Part shown: positions 53,470-63,940 of the stretch, one piece after another | Position numbering within the stretch: position 1 is the first letter of the stretch | Layout of the letters: every line of letters starts with the position of its first letter | NCBI GenBank assembly: GCA_009780985.1 | Contig: WQYZ01000001.1 | Span: forward strand, 4,030 to 68,029 | Reading direction: 5' to 3' | DNA length: 64,000 nucleotides | DNA from: Oscillospiraceae bacterium | GTDB taxonomy: Bacteria; Bacillota; Clostridia; Oscillospirales; WRJC01 | Notes under the pieces: model-generated | The model's input: the letters and a program-made list of their open reading frames with translations, nothing else | Told to the model about the DNA's origin: nothing | The model's database searches: none | Program-made: the position numbers and the translations under genes

Positions 53470-54264
53470 TCACAGCCCAAATAATTTTTCCGCATTGGCA
53501 TATAATATTTTCTCCGTTAAATTGTAGTTTAAACGCAACTTATCAATATATTCGCACTCTGTTTTCGCCGTGCTTACGGGATAATCCGTGCCGAATAAAA
53601 TTCTCTCCGGGTCGTAATTTATTATAATCTCTCGCGCACGTTCGAGCGGCATTGCCCACGATGTGCTCGACGTGTCGATATATATGTTCTTATCCCTGTA
53701 TATTTTCTCAAACGTTTCCCACCGTTGATAACCGCCCAAATGCGCGGCGATTATCTCCAATCTTGGGAATAACTTCTTTATTTTCACTATTTTTTCAGGC
53801 AGGGAATAATCGTATCTGCTGTCGCCCGCGTGAAAATACATGATTCCGCACCCCTGAAGCGTCTCATACAACGGCATAAGTTTTTCTGAATCAATATCGA
53901 TTTGCTGAATATCCGGGTGGATTTTTACTCCCTTGAATCCCATCGCGAGAGTTCTGTCAACCTCGCCGGCTTTGTCCGCAAAATCATGGTGCATTGCGGT
54001 AAAACATACGATTTTCATGCTTTCATCCGAATATTTAATTTTTACTTCGTCAAGCCAGTTATTTATTTTGATTACCTGCTCCGGCGAAGTTGCGACTGAA
54101 AACAGCGCGAATCCCGACGAGCCGCTTTCTTTTTCGGATTTAATCAGAGCATCCACAGTTCCCGCATTATGTACTGTGAACTCGTAGAATTTCCCCAGAT
54201 TTATACACGCCTTTTCCGCAATGTCATCGGGATACGCGTGCGTGTGCGCGTCAAATATTTTCAT
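53470..54264 (-). CDS. amidohydrolase-family metal-dependent hydrolase (TIM barrel)
   Basis: MKIFDAHTHAYPD (HxH) N-terminus, HPD and AAHLGG histidines, and a late FGTDYP Asp. Confidence 0.75.
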   Translation of the reverse strand: MKIFDAHTHAYPDDIAEKACINLGKFYEFTVHNAGTVDALIKSEKESGSSGFALFSVATSPEQVIKINNWLDEVKIKYSDESMKIVCFTAMHHDFADKAGEVDRTLAMGFKGVKIHPDIQQIDIDSEKLMPLYETLQGCGIMYFHAGDSRYDYSLPEKIVKIKKLFPRLEIIAAHLGGYQRWETFEKIYRDKNIYIDTSSTSWAMPLERAREIIINYDPERILFGTDYPVSTAKTECEYIDKLRLNYNLTEKILYANAEKLFGL

Positions 54265-54306
54265 TATTTTGATTTTACCTTTCTATCTGTATCTATCACC
54301 CATCTG

Positions 54307-56145
54307 TCATAATATATCAATCGAAAAAATATGGGCGTAATTTTTATATTCTTCGTCGGATTTTCCAGTAGTTTTTACAGGGATTATCACAATTTCTTTC
54401 GCGCCGTTTATTTTTTCATCGAACATAACGTTTACAAACCTCTGATAATTACCCCTCACCGACGCGATATTTTTTCGCACACCGTTTGCGAAAACCGCGT
54501 ATATGTCAATATCCGAAACCAACGTTTCAGGCAATTCTATTCCGTCGAAATCAACCGTCCTGTTTGACATCATATTGTGAGTGAGCGCGCTCCAGCCGTT
54601 ATTTTCGGGATTTGCATATTTCACAGTTTTTCTGTCTAAATCGCTGTCGAATACGAAACGTATACCGTTTACCGTTTGCAGGCTGTCAAACATAAACTTA
54701 ATTTCTTCTCCGAGCTTGATATATGCCCCGTTATCGTCGAAGTCCGTGATGTTCAGATTATCCAAACTTTTAGGCGTAGGTCTGTCGAAACCGTTGCGTA
54801 GGACTTCAAACTTTCCGTCCAGCTTTGCGGTTTTCGTCAAATCCGTGACTTCGCGTTTTATGTACGGCAAAAAACTGTCGTTATATTGGAGTATATTCTG
54901 CAACTCTTTCAGGAGCTTTTTATTTTGATATATTTCTCTTGGGGACGCGCTATTTTTGATCGCGACATATGCCGCAGTTCCCGCCGCCTGACCCAATAGC
55001 GCGCACGTCGCCATAACCCGTGTGGAACTTAATGCAGAGTGCGTCACGCTTATATTGCGCCCCGCAAAGAACAGATTTGCGATATTCCTCGAGTATATGC
55101 ACCTATACGCTATACCGTAAGGGGACGGCGCGGAATGGTATATTGTAGGCTGGTCCGGGGACAAAAATCCACCCGGATTATGGTCGTCCATAGTCCAGCC
55201 GCCGTAGGCGATTATATCCTCAAATTTGCCTCCGCTTCTTACGTCGTTCTGAGTCATGATATAATCCCCGACATACCGCAGACTCTCGCGTTTGCCCGGC
55301 AAAAATCCTAACCAGTCTAATTCCCAGACATCCGAGTTCGGATAATCGCCGCTGTTTTTGATATAATCCCATATGCCGAACGCCGTTTTCAGCAGTTCGT
55401 CGCGCAGAATCTCAGTGTCTTTTATACTGTCGTCCATGCCGCCGAGCTCTATATACCAGAAATTTTCGTCGTTAAGATTTTTATTCGGCGTTCTGTACGG
55501 CAAATCGTCTTTCGTGTATTTATACGCGCGTTTCGGCGGGGTAAACTTGGATTTTCTGCCAGTGTTTCTGATTTGCAATAAACACGACATACCCATTGTG
55601 TGTTTGTCCGCAATCTGCGGCGCAATATTCTCGCCAAATTCGCCTGAAGCTTCCCTGCCCTTTCTGTACTCAGCGCCGGTTAAATCGGCGAGTACGCTGT
55701 CGCCGGAGCAGTCGCAGAAATATTTCGCGTTTACAATATGATGCGTCTGTGTAGTCGATTGATAGCCTTCAACAGATTTTATAACTCCGTTCTCCATTTC
55801 CGCTTCATAACACACGCAGTTCAGCAGAATTTCTATATTTTTTTCGGCGGCGACTTTTTCATACAGAACAGAATCCCATAAAGAATAATTGCGCATTGGA
55901 TTTATATAAAAATTTTCGAGCGTAAATTCTTCGACAAGTCCGGTTTCTCTGTTATTTTCGCCGTGCGCGCCGCAAATCCACATTCTTATTTCGCTTGACG
56001 CGTTTCCGCCGAACATGGGTCTGTCCTGCATTATGACGACTTTTAATCCGAGACGCGCCGCCGAAATTGCGGCACATATGCCGGAAAGTCCGCCGCCGAC
56101 TACGCATAAATCCGCATTATGCTGTATTGTGTTATTATTTGACAT
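54307..56145 (-). CDS. FAD-dependent oxidoreductase
   Basis: DLCVVGGGLSGICAAISAARLG dinucleotide-binding motif. The start is set at ATG 56145 (SD AGGGG), not the ORF-track 56214. Confidence 0.75.
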   Translation of the reverse strand: MSNNNTIQHNADLCVVGGGLSGICAAISAARLGLKVVIMQDRPMFGGNASSEIRMWICGAHGENNRETGLVEEFTLENFYINPMRNYSLWDSVLYEKVAAEKNIEILLNCVCYEAEMENGVIKSVEGYQSTTQTHHIVNAKYFCDCSGDSVLADLTGAEYRKGREASGEFGENIAPQIADKHTMGMSCLLQIRNTGRKSKFTPPKRAYKYTKDDLPYRTPNKNLNDENFWYIELGGMDDSIKDTEILRDELLKTAFGIWDYIKNSGDYPNSDVWELDWLGFLPGKRESLRYVGDYIMTQNDVRSGGKFEDIIAYGGWTMDDHNPGGFLSPDQPTIYHSAPSPYGIAYRCIYSRNIANLFFAGRNISVTHSALSSTRVMATCALLGQAAGTAAYVAIKNSASPREIYQNKKLLKELQNILQYNDSFLPYIKREVTDLTKTAKLDGKFEVLRNGFDRPTPKSLDNLNITDFDDNGAYIKLGEEIKFMFDSLQTVNGIRFVFDSDLDRKTVKYANPENNGWSALTHNMMSNRTVDFDGIELPETLVSDIDIYAVFANGVRKNIASVRGNYQRFVNVMFDEKINGAKEIVIIPVKTTGKSDEEYKNYAHIFSIDIL

Positions 56146-56161
56146 AACTTTAATACCCCTC

Positions 56162-57301
56162 TTATAAATCAATAATCCTCGCGATATTTTCCGCTGTTCT
56201 CCGCAAATCCTCAAAACATGTCTGTTTTATTTCACCGAAACTTGTATAAACCCCCGAGCATGCGCTGAAAACCGCCTGTATTCCCAAATCATAGATTTCA
56301 TCGCCGTACTCGCGCGTGTCGCCCGCTATGACTATCACGGGCTTATTTTGTTTTTTCGCCCTTTTAGCAATCCCGGACACGGCTTTTCCGCGCAAACTCT
56401 GCGAATCGAATTTCCCCTCGCCGGTGATAATCAAATCTGCGTCTTTTATAATTTCGTCAAATCCCGCCGTATCTAAAATTATATCAATTCCCGGACAGAT
56501 TTTACAATTAATAAAATCAGGAAAACTTAAAAGCGACGCTAAAACTCCGCCTGCGGCTCCCGTTCCGGGAATATTCCTGACTTCTTTGTCCGTATGTTCA
56601 AACAATATATCGGCGTATCGCGACAGGTTTTCGTCCAATATTTTTACTGTATTTTTGTCCGCGCCTTTCTGCGGTCCGAAGATATACGACGCTCCATTTT
56701 GTCCGCATAATATATTATCGACATCGCAAGCGACTACAAATTCTGCAGATTTCAAACGGTTGTCAAGTCCCGTATCGTCAATATACTTTAAATTGCGAAG
56801 TCCTCTGTTTGACGGCATTATGTCGCGCATATTCACGTCAAGAAATTTCACGCCCAACGCTGTTGCAATGCCGATTCCGCCGTCATTCGTCGCGCTCCCG
56901 CCAAGTCCCAGAATAATTTTTGTACAGCCTTTATCTAAAGCGTCTTTTATCAGAAGTCCGGTTCCGAAAGTCGAAGCGTCGAGCGGATTTTTTCTGTCCT
57001 CAATCAAAGGCAGACCCGAAGCCGCCGCCATTTCTATTACGGCGGTTTTTCGGTCTTTCAATATACAATAAAAAGAATCTATATCCTCAAACAGAGGATT
57101 TTTTACCTTGACAAATACTTTTTCCCCGCCGACTGCGTATAAAAACGCATCGACTGTTCCCTCGCCTCCGTCGGCTATCGGGATTTTCACAGTTTCAACG
57201 TCGGGCTTTATCGTTCTGAATGCTTTATCCATTATGTCGCAGACTTCTATTGAACTCATCGTCCCTTTGAACGAATCAGGAGCAAACACAATTTTTTTCA
57301 T
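56162..57301 (-). CDS. glxK: glycerate kinase
   Basis: MKKIVFAPDSFKGT N-terminus, PIADGGEGT and GGSATNDGG motifs. The start is set at ATG 57301. Confidence 0.85.
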   Translation of the reverse strand: MKKIVFAPDSFKGTMSSIEVCDIMDKAFRTIKPDVETVKIPIADGGEGTVDAFLYAVGGEKVFVKVKNPLFEDIDSFYCILKDRKTAVIEMAAASGLPLIEDRKNPLDASTFGTGLLIKDALDKGCTKIILGLGGSATNDGGIGIATALGVKFLDVNMRDIMPSNRGLRNLKYIDDTGLDNRLKSAEFVVACDVDNILCGQNGASYIFGPQKGADKNTVKILDENLSRYADILFEHTDKEVRNIPGTGAAGGVLASLLSFPDFINCKICPGIDIILDTAGFDEIIKDADLIITGEGKFDSQSLRGKAVSGIAKRAKKQNKPVIVIAGDTREYGDEIYDLGIQAVFSACSGVYTSFGEIKQTCFEDLRRTAENIARIIDL

Positions 57302-57311
57302 TTTTACCACT

Positions 57312-57788
57312 TTACCACCCAAATATTGAAAACGGTATATCAGCTTTATAATTATTTATCGCAGCCCGTATATAATCTATTGTATTATCAGGGAGTTTAT
57401 CTATATCAACCCAAATTAATTCATCACATTTATCAGGCTCCATTATCGAAATATTCCCAATCCAGTTATCACAAACAAAAAAATAATCAATTCTTTCTTC
57501 ATCTATCTTTTTTCTGTGCATAACCTGAACGATTTTAAGATTGTTCAATAAAATGTCTACCCCTGCTTCTTCTTTAGCTTCCCGAATCATGGCGGCGCAC
57601 ACATCTTCGCCGCCGTCAATATGTCCGGCAACAACACTATAATTCCCATCTTCATAGCCAGTATTGAATCGCCTTAATAGCAAAATTTTATTATCTTTTC
57701 GCAAGAATAAATGTACAGCTACAGGGAAAGTCATTCGAGCCAAAGTAATCACTCCTTTTAAAAGCTCCGGATTGAATCTTCTATTCAC
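57312..57788 (-). CDS. NUDIX hydrolase
   Basis: Nudix box GHIDGGEDVCAAMIREAKEEAGV. Confidence 0.85.
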   Translation of the reverse strand: MNRRFNPELLKGVITLARMTFPVAVHLFLRKDNKILLLRRFNTGYEDGNYSVVAGHIDGGEDVCAAMIREAKEEAGVDILLNNLKIVQVMHRKKIDEERIDYFFVCDNWIGNISIMEPDKCDELIWVDIDKLPDNTIDYIRAAINNYKADIPFSIFGW

Positions 57789-57903
57789 TCTCTAAAAAAT
57801 TATTATATCACAATTCTGCTATAAAATCAAGTCAAAATTTAACACAAAATAAAAGAAACACGGTTGTGTTCTGCAACCATATCTCATAAAATCTTATGAC
57901 AAG

Positions 57904-58668
57904 TCATTTTTTCTTAGCCCAGATTATCGCATAAAAAGTTTCTTCGCTTACAGGAGCTTGCCATTCGATTTCCCAGCCGTATTTTTCAAGCCATGAAGTA
58001 ACTTCATCATAATTCGAAAAATGTTTGATTACCTCATTATTGACAGATTTGAACATTTCGCCGTCTTTAGGCGTAATTTCCCAACGCCGATAACTCCTGT
58101 CAATGCGTGTTTTACTGTTGTACTCTCCGCCTACAAGAATATATTTCCCGTATGTGCCGAGGTCATCAGTACCTTCAAAAATAATTACTTCGTCACCCTT
58201 GTCGGGCGACGGCGAATCCTCTCCGCCTATACAGTCAAAATCAAGATACATGTGCCCGCCTTTTTTCACGCATGACGCAGCTTTTTTGATAAACAATTCC
58301 TGCGCTTCCTGAAAACCCCCGTTAGTCACGATATTATTTAAAAGATTGCCCGATAAAACGACAACATCAAACCCGGTTCCCCAATCATCTGAAATAGCGT
58401 CTGCTTTGTAGTAATTAAAATTTGTCAGGCCGGCTGCTTTTTCCGGTATTCTTTCAAGCATAGATTCATCAATATCAAAACCTGTAACAAAGTGTCCCGT
58501 CTGAGCCAACGGAATAGATATTCTTCCGCTTCCGCAAGCGACTTCCAGAATATTAAGCGGAGAAGTTCCTACAATAGAAAGAACATGTTGAACGTCCTCA
58601 TCCTCTTGCGTTAGTTTTTGGTCATAAATATATGTTATCCAATGTTCTTTTAAATCATTTTGATTCAT
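57904..58668 (-). CDS. class I SAM-dependent methyltransferase
   Basis: Motif I ILEVACGSGRISIPLA and post-I FDIDESML. Confidence 0.8.
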   Translation of the reverse strand: MNQNDLKEHWITYIYDQKLTQEDEDVQHVLSIVGTSPLNILEVACGSGRISIPLAQTGHFVTGFDIDESMLERIPEKAAGLTNFNYYKADAISDDWGTGFDVVVLSGNLLNNIVTNGGFQEAQELFIKKAASCVKKGGHMYLDFDCIGGEDSPSPDKGDEVIIFEGTDDLGTYGKYILVGGEYNSKTRIDRSYRRWEITPKDGEMFKSVNNEVIKHFSNYDEVTSWLEKYGWEIEWQAPVSEETFYAIIWAKKK

Positions 58669-58722
58669 ATTGCCTCATATTATCCCCTTTCGTTTATATT
58701 AAAATAATTATATCATGTATAT

Positions 58723-58770
58723 GAAAAAAACACAAGGTAAAGAATAATTTATAACCAATCTTTACCTTGT
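58723..58770 (-). terminator. rho-independent terminator of uvrA
   Basis: On the minus strand: ACAAGGTAAAG, a 17-nt loop, CTTTACCTTGT, followed by GTTTTTTT. Confidence 0.75.
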
Positions 58771-58780
58771 TCAAACCGCA

Positions 58781-61771
58781 CTACATTTTTATCTTTTTCT
58801 CTTTGTCAAAGATTTTTTTCAGATACTGCCCTGTGTAAGACTCCGGACGCGCCGCAACTTCCTCTGGAGTGCCCTGCGTCACAATCTGACCTCCGTTGTC
58901 GCCGCCTTCCGGTCCTAAATCTATTATATAATCCGCAGTTTTAATCATATCTAAATTGTGTTCTATGACAATAACGGTGTTTCCTGCCTCGACCAATTTT
59001 TGCAGAACCTCTATTAATTTTTCAACGTCGGCGATATGAAGACCCGTCGTCGGCTCGTCCAGAACGTAAATCGTCCTGCCGGTCGCGCGTTTTGACAGCT
59101 CCGTCGAGAGCTTGACCCTCTGCGCTTCGCCGCCCGATAAAGTCGTGGACGACTGCCCTATTTTTATATAGCCCAGACCCACGTCGTTGAGCGTCCTCAG
59201 TCTGTTGCTGATTCTCGGGATATTCGCGAAAAACTCTACTCCCTCTTCGACAGTCATGTCAAGCACGTCGAATATATTCTTGCCTTTGTATTTGACTTCG
59301 AGGGTTTCGCGGGAATACCGTCTGCCTTTGCACACGTCGCACGTGACGTAAACGTCGGGGAGAAAGTGCATTTCGATTTTTATAACGCCGTCGCCCTCGC
59401 ATGCTTCGCACCGTCCGCCTTTCATGTTGAACGAAAACCTGTCGGGTTTAAACCCGCGCATTTTCGCGTCCTGCGTTTCGGCGAACAGCATTCTGATGTC
59501 CGCGAATAATCCCGTGTATGTCGCGGGATTTGAACGCGGTGTTCTGCCTATCGGCGACTGGTCGATCGCGATTATTTTATCAAGGGCTTCCGTTCCCTCT
59601 ATCCTGTCGAAATTTCTTGCCCGCGTGTACGCGCCGTTGAGTTCGTTCGCGAGCTTTTTATATAATATCTCGTTAATCAGCGACGATTTGCCCGACCCAG
59701 ATACACCGGTTATACAGACAAACATGCCGAGCGGAATAGTAACATCTATATGTTTCAGATTGTTTTCGTGGGCGTTGATTATTTTTACAAAACTGCCGTT
59801 GCCTTTGCGCCGTTCTTCGGTAGACGGCGTTTTTATCCTGCGTTTGCCGCTCAAAAATTGCCCTGTTATAGAATTTTCTATAGTTTTTATCTCGGCTACA
59901 GTACCCTGCGCGACGACTTCGCCGCCGTTCACGCCAGCATACGGACCCAAATCCACGACATAGTCCGCTTCTTCGATAGTTTCTTCGTCATGTTCAACGA
60001 CGATAACAGTATTGCCGACGTCGCGAAGTCTTTTCAGGGCGTTTATTAACTTGGAGTTATCCCTCTGGTGCAAACCGATTGACGGCTCGTCGAGTATATA
60101 TAAAACTCCCATAAGCGACGAACCTATCTGCGTCGCAAGCCGTATTCTCTGGCTTTCGCCGCCGGATAAAGTCCCGGCGCGGCGTTCGAGAGTGAGATAA
60201 TCAAGCCCCACGCTAACAAGAAATCCCAGACGCTCGCGTATTTCTTTTACTATATCTTTGGCTATAACCGCTTCTTTTTTGCTGAACGTCACTGCGTCGA
60301 AGAATTTTTTCGATTCAAGTATAGACAGTGAACACATTTCGTATATGTTCATATTTTTTACGCGTACGGACAGAGATTCTTGTTTCAGGCGTTTACCGCC
60401 GCAGGCAGAGCAGTTTACATCTTCCATGAGGTTTTCAAGCTCCGCTTTTATTCCGGAGCTTCCGGTCTGATTATACCTGCGCATGATAGTGTTTACTATG
60501 CCGTCGTGCCTGAATTTAAACCTGTGATTCCCCTTCTGCGCCCAGTATTCTTTAGAACCGGTGCCGAAAAGCAGAGCACTTAACGCGGGTTCGGAATAAT
60601 TTGATATGGGCGTGTCGAGCGTGAACCCGTTTTCCGCGCCGACGGCTTCAAGCATGACTTCGCCGTATGTGTCGTTGTCCATTGTTTTGAACCCGTTGGC
60701 GACGATTGCGCCGTTTCTGATAGATTTTGTTCTGTCGAACAGCAATTTATCAACTGAAACCTGCTGTTTTACTCCCAGACCGGAACATTCGGGACACGCT
60801 CCAAACGGCGAGTTGAACGAAAACATACGCGGCGCAAGTTCTCCTATGCTTATCCCGTGTTCCTCGCACGCATAATTCTGCGAAAAAACCATTTCTTCCG
60901 GTTTATCATCTTCATTTTCGGCATTCCCGCCGTCTTGAACATTCTCGTCTTTTAAAATAGATATGACAACTATGCCGTTTGATAAATTTGACGCGGTTTC
61001 GACTGAATCAGTCAGACGGGTTTTCATATCTTCCCTGTCTTTGCGCATTACAAGACGGTCAACTAAAATATCTATATCGTGCTTTTTATTTTTGTCGAGC
61101 GCTATTTGCTCCGTTAAATCATATATGCTGCCGTCTGCGCGCACTCTCGCGAAACCGCCTTTTTTCGCGTCCTCGAATATTTTTTCGTGCATGCCTTTTT
61201 TGCCCTTTACAACCGGCGATAACACGTAAAACTTTTCTCCGTCGTCGATTTCTTCCATAATCTGGTCGATAATCTGGTCGATAGTCTGCTGTTTTATGAT
61301 TTTGCCGCAGACGGGGCAGTGCGGTATGCCGACACGGGCAAACAATAATCTGAGATAGTCGTAGATTTCTGTGATTGTGCCGATAGTCGAGCGGGGATTT
61401 CTCGACGTTGTTTTCTGGTCGATAGAGACTGCGGGCGAAAGCCCCTCTATATAATCGACGTCGGGTTTGTCAAGCTGTCCCAGAAACTGCCGCGCATACG
61501 ACGAGAGGGATTCCACAAATCTTCTGTGTCCCTCGGCGTAAATAGTGTCGAACGCGAGGGACGATTTCCCCGAGCCTGAAAGCCCGGTAAAAACTACAAA
61601 TTTGTCTCTCGGAATCCGCACGCTTATATTTTTGAGATTATGCACTCTTGCGCCTTTTATAGTTATATAATTTTTTGACGACTCAAGATTTTTATCTATT
61701 TTATTTTCAAATTCCTGTTCTTTATCAATCTCCTTTTCCAATTCCAAATCGGCTGTTTCAATCTTCATCAT
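58781..61771 (-). CDS. uvrA: excinuclease ABC subunit A
   Basis: Two ABC modules ([14 protein letters not shown] and [13 protein letters not shown], each with an LSGGE signature) and zinc-finger Cys clusters ([25 protein letters not shown]). The annotated start gives an acidic N-terminal extension of about 35 aa. Confidence 0.95.
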   Translation of the reverse strand: MMKIETADLELEKEIDKEQEFENKIDKNLESSKNYITIKGARVHNLKNISVRIPRDKFVVFTGLSGSGKSSLAFDTIYAEGHRRFVESLSSYARQFLGQLDKPDVDYIEGLSPAVSIDQKTTSRNPRSTIGTITEIYDYLRLLFARVGIPHCPVCGKIIKQQTIDQIIDQIMEEIDDGEKFYVLSPVVKGKKGMHEKIFEDAKKGGFARVRADGSIYDLTEQIALDKNKKHDIDILVDRLVMRKDREDMKTRLTDSVETASNLSNGIVVISILKDENVQDGGNAENEDDKPEEMVFSQNYACEEHGISIGELAPRMFSFNSPFGACPECSGLGVKQQVSVDKLLFDRTKSIRNGAIVANGFKTMDNDTYGEVMLEAVGAENGFTLDTPISNYSEPALSALLFGTGSKEYWAQKGNHRFKFRHDGIVNTIMRRYNQTGSSGIKAELENLMEDVNCSACGGKRLKQESLSVRVKNMNIYEMCSLSILESKKFFDAVTFSKKEAVIAKDIVKEIRERLGFLVSVGLDYLTLERRAGTLSGGESQRIRLATQIGSSLMGVLYILDEPSIGLHQRDNSKLINALKRLRDVGNTVIVVEHDEETIEEADYVVDLGPYAGVNGGEVVAQGTVAEIKTIENSITGQFLSGKRRIKTPSTEERRKGNGSFVKIINAHENNLKHIDVTIPLGMFVCITGVSGSGKSSLINEILYKKLANELNGAYTRARNFDRIEGTEALDKIIAIDQSPIGRTPRSNPATYTGLFADIRMLFAETQDAKMRGFKPDRFSFNMKGGRCEACEGDGVIKIEMHFLPDVYVTCDVCKGRRYSRETLEVKYKGKNIFDVLDMTVEEGVEFFANIPRISNRLRTLNDVGLGYIKIGQSSTTLSGGEAQRVKLSTELSKRATGRTIYVLDEPTTGLHIADVEKLIEVLQKLVEAGNTVIVIEHNLDMIKTADYIIDLGPEGGDNGGQIVTQGTPEEVAARPESYTGQYLKKIFDKEKKIKM

Positions 61772-61993
61772 AATTATATTTGTTCCTCGCTATTCAAAAT
61801 TTATCTTTATATATCGTAATTATATAATTATACTCTGATACAAAAATGTTTTCAATCTTATCGTGGAACAACTTTTCAAAAGTTTTATTTCCAAATAATA
61901 TCTTGTTTTTTAACTTTTTATATAAAAACAGACTGTATCATGGTTGAAAAAGACATAAAGAGTTCGTGTTGGAAATCTGTGCCAATTAATTGT

Positions 61994-62072
61994 GTAGGGG
62001 CGCACTGTGCGCGCCCGCGAATTTGAACCCAATTTAGGTTTAAACATGCGGGCGCACACAGTGCGCCCCTAC
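61994..62072. repeat. GTAGGGGC...GCCCCTAC REP-like nested palindrome (copy F)
   Basis: GTAGGGGCGCACTGTGCGCGCCCGC, a 29-nt spacer, then GCGGGCGCACACAGTGCGCCCCTAC (24/25). The inverted repeat extends outward through TTAATTGT/ACAATTAA. Confidence 0.85.
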
Positions 62073-62103
62073 ACAATTAAAATTTTTATGTTTTACAAAA
62101 ACT

Positions 62104-63249
62104 CTAATTAACAACCGCCATTTCCGTATCTTTATCGAAAAGATAAATCTTCTCCCGATTTATACCGACTTTAATTTTATCGCCGCTGCGAGCTGTAAAG
62201 TCCGGCATAAAAGCTGGTAATACACGGACAGTAAACGGCTGGGTTCCGTTTACGCAATAAAGATAAATACTGTCGCCCAGAAATTCCCTGACTTGAACTT
62301 CTGCGTCAATAATAGCCAAATGCGGCGCGTTAAAGTTATCTGAACTCGCTTCAAGTCCATACATATCTTCCGGTCTGACACCCACAAAAACTTCTTTACC
62401 TATGTATTCTCTGACTTTGCTGTATTTAGATTCCGGCAGTTTTATTTTAATACCGTTAAAATTTATAAAAATACCGCCGTTATCTTCATTAACATTGGCA
62501 TTTATAAAATTTATCATCGGAGTGCCGATAAATCCCGCAACAAATAAATTACATGGGTGCGTATAAATTTCTTCGGGCGTTCCAACCTGCTGAATCATGC
62601 CATTTTTCATAACCACAAGTCTGTCGGCTATCGTCATAGCTTCCGATTGGTCGTGCGTTACATATATAAACGTCATATCAAATTTCTGATGCAGTTTTGT
62701 AAGCTCCGTCCTCATAGAGGTTCGCAGTCTTGCGTCCAAATTTGAAAGCGGTTCGTCCAGTAAAACGACTTTATGCTCCTTAACCAGAGCGCGTGCTAAC
62801 GCTACGCGCTGTTTCTGCCCTCCAGACAATTCGCGCGGTTTACGGGTAAACAAGTGAGTGATGTCCGTAATCCGGGCAACCTTTTCAACTTTTTCTTTTA
62901 TTTCAGCGTCGGACATATCGGTCGGCTGTAATCCGAAAGCGATATTCTCGAAAACCGTCATATGCGGAAATAGTGCGTAATTCTGGAACACCATTGCGAT
63001 ACCCCTGTCTTTAGGCTCGACTCCGTTTACCAATTTGCCGTCAATATACAGTTCGCCCATGTTGATATTTTCAAGCCCCGCTATCATGCGAAGCGTGGTA
63101 GATTTCCCGCATCCGGACGGTCCGACTAAGACAATCACTTCATGGTCTTTTATATCCAAGTTAAAATCTCTGACCGCGACAAGCTCGTCGTTCGGATTGG
63201 GCCAATTATAATATTTTTTATAAACATTTTTTAATGTTACGCTTGCCAT
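62104..63249 (-). CDS. ABC transporter ATP-binding protein, MalK/MsmK/UgpC type
   Basis: GPSGCGKST Walker A, LSGGQKQR signature, LLDEPLSNLD Walker B and a C-terminal regulatory (TOBE-like) domain. Confidence 0.9.
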   Translation of the reverse strand: MASVTLKNVYKKYYNWPNPNDELVAVRDFNLDIKDHEVIVLVGPSGCGKSTTLRMIAGLENINMGELYIDGKLVNGVEPKDRGIAMVFQNYALFPHMTVFENIAFGLQPTDMSDAEIKEKVEKVARITDITHLFTRKPRELSGGQKQRVALARALVKEHKVVLLDEPLSNLDARLRTSMRTELTKLHQKFDMTFIYVTHDQSEAMTIADRLVVMKNGMIQQVGTPEEIYTHPCNLFVAGFIGTPMINFINANVNEDNGGIFINFNGIKIKLPESKYSKVREYIGKEVFVGVRPEDMYGLEASSDNFNAPHLAIIDAEVQVREFLGDSIYLYCVNGTQPFTVRVLPAFMPDFTARSGDKIKVGINREKIYLFDKDTEMAVVN

Positions 63250-63250
63250 T

Positions 63251-63940
63251 TTAATACACCTCTTTTAAATTGATCACGCCCTGTATAACGGCGGTTTCTA
63301 TAAGCGAACAGTCGATATACGGTCCCATAACTTTTATTAATTTTACGCTATTTTGACCTTTCATTATTTTATCTAAAACCGAATAAATCGAATCACTGTC
63401 GAGGAATGGAATCAACCGTTCCAAGAGCTTGTCGTCCAATCTGTCAAGACTGCTGTTCTGGAACAGTTTGACAATACTTTCGTCGTTCATAAATTCCGCC
63501 AACTCGATTATTTTGCCGATATTTATATTTTGTTTTGCCAACTGTTCCGCAATCGCCGATAAAGTCGATACTTTCAGATAAGGCGCGATATTTAATATGT
63601 CCTGAATTACGTTTTTATCTTCAAATACTTCTTTTGCTATCTCCTGATTCTGTGTCACAGAAGATAAAATCGCCGCCTCGTTATTCGACGCCTCGCCCGC
63701 GTTCAGAAGCGTATCGACCGTTACGCCGAACGTTTCAGCTATCGAACACAGAATCGAAATATCGGGGAAACCTTCGCCGCGCTCCCATTTTGACACAGCC
63801 TGCCGCGTGACGTTCAATGTGTCCGCCAGCTTTGACTGAGGCATATCGCGTTCTTTTCTCAGACGCGATATGTACGCTCCGAATTTTACAATGTTCATAT
63901 AATCAACCGCCTTCTTTAATTCAATTATTTGCATGTTCAT
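63251..63940 (-). CDS. XRE-family HTH domain protein with a roughly 150-aa C-terminal domain
   Basis: MPQSKLADTLNVTRQAVSKWERGEGFPDISILCSIAETFGV is an HTH_3 pattern. Its stop lies 1 nt before the ABC ATPase start. Confidence 0.75.
   Translation of the reverse strand: MNMQIIELKKAVDYMNIVKFGAYISRLRKERDMPQSKLADTLNVTRQAVSKWERGEGFPDISILCSIAETFGVTVDTLLNAGEASNNEAAILSSVTQNQEIAKEVFEDKNVIQDILNIAPYLKVSTLSAIAEQLAKQNINIGKIIELAEFMNDESIVKLFQNSSLDRLDDKLLERLIPFLDSDSIYSVLDKIMKGQNSVKLIKVMGPYIDCSLIETAVIQGVINLKEVY

Noticed and set aside
58781-61771. About 35-aa acidic N-terminal extension of UvrA before the conserved [13 protein letters not shown] start.
   Set aside because: No alternative in-frame ATG/GTG/TTG lies closer to the conserved block, so the extension may be real. 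I see no functional implication to report.
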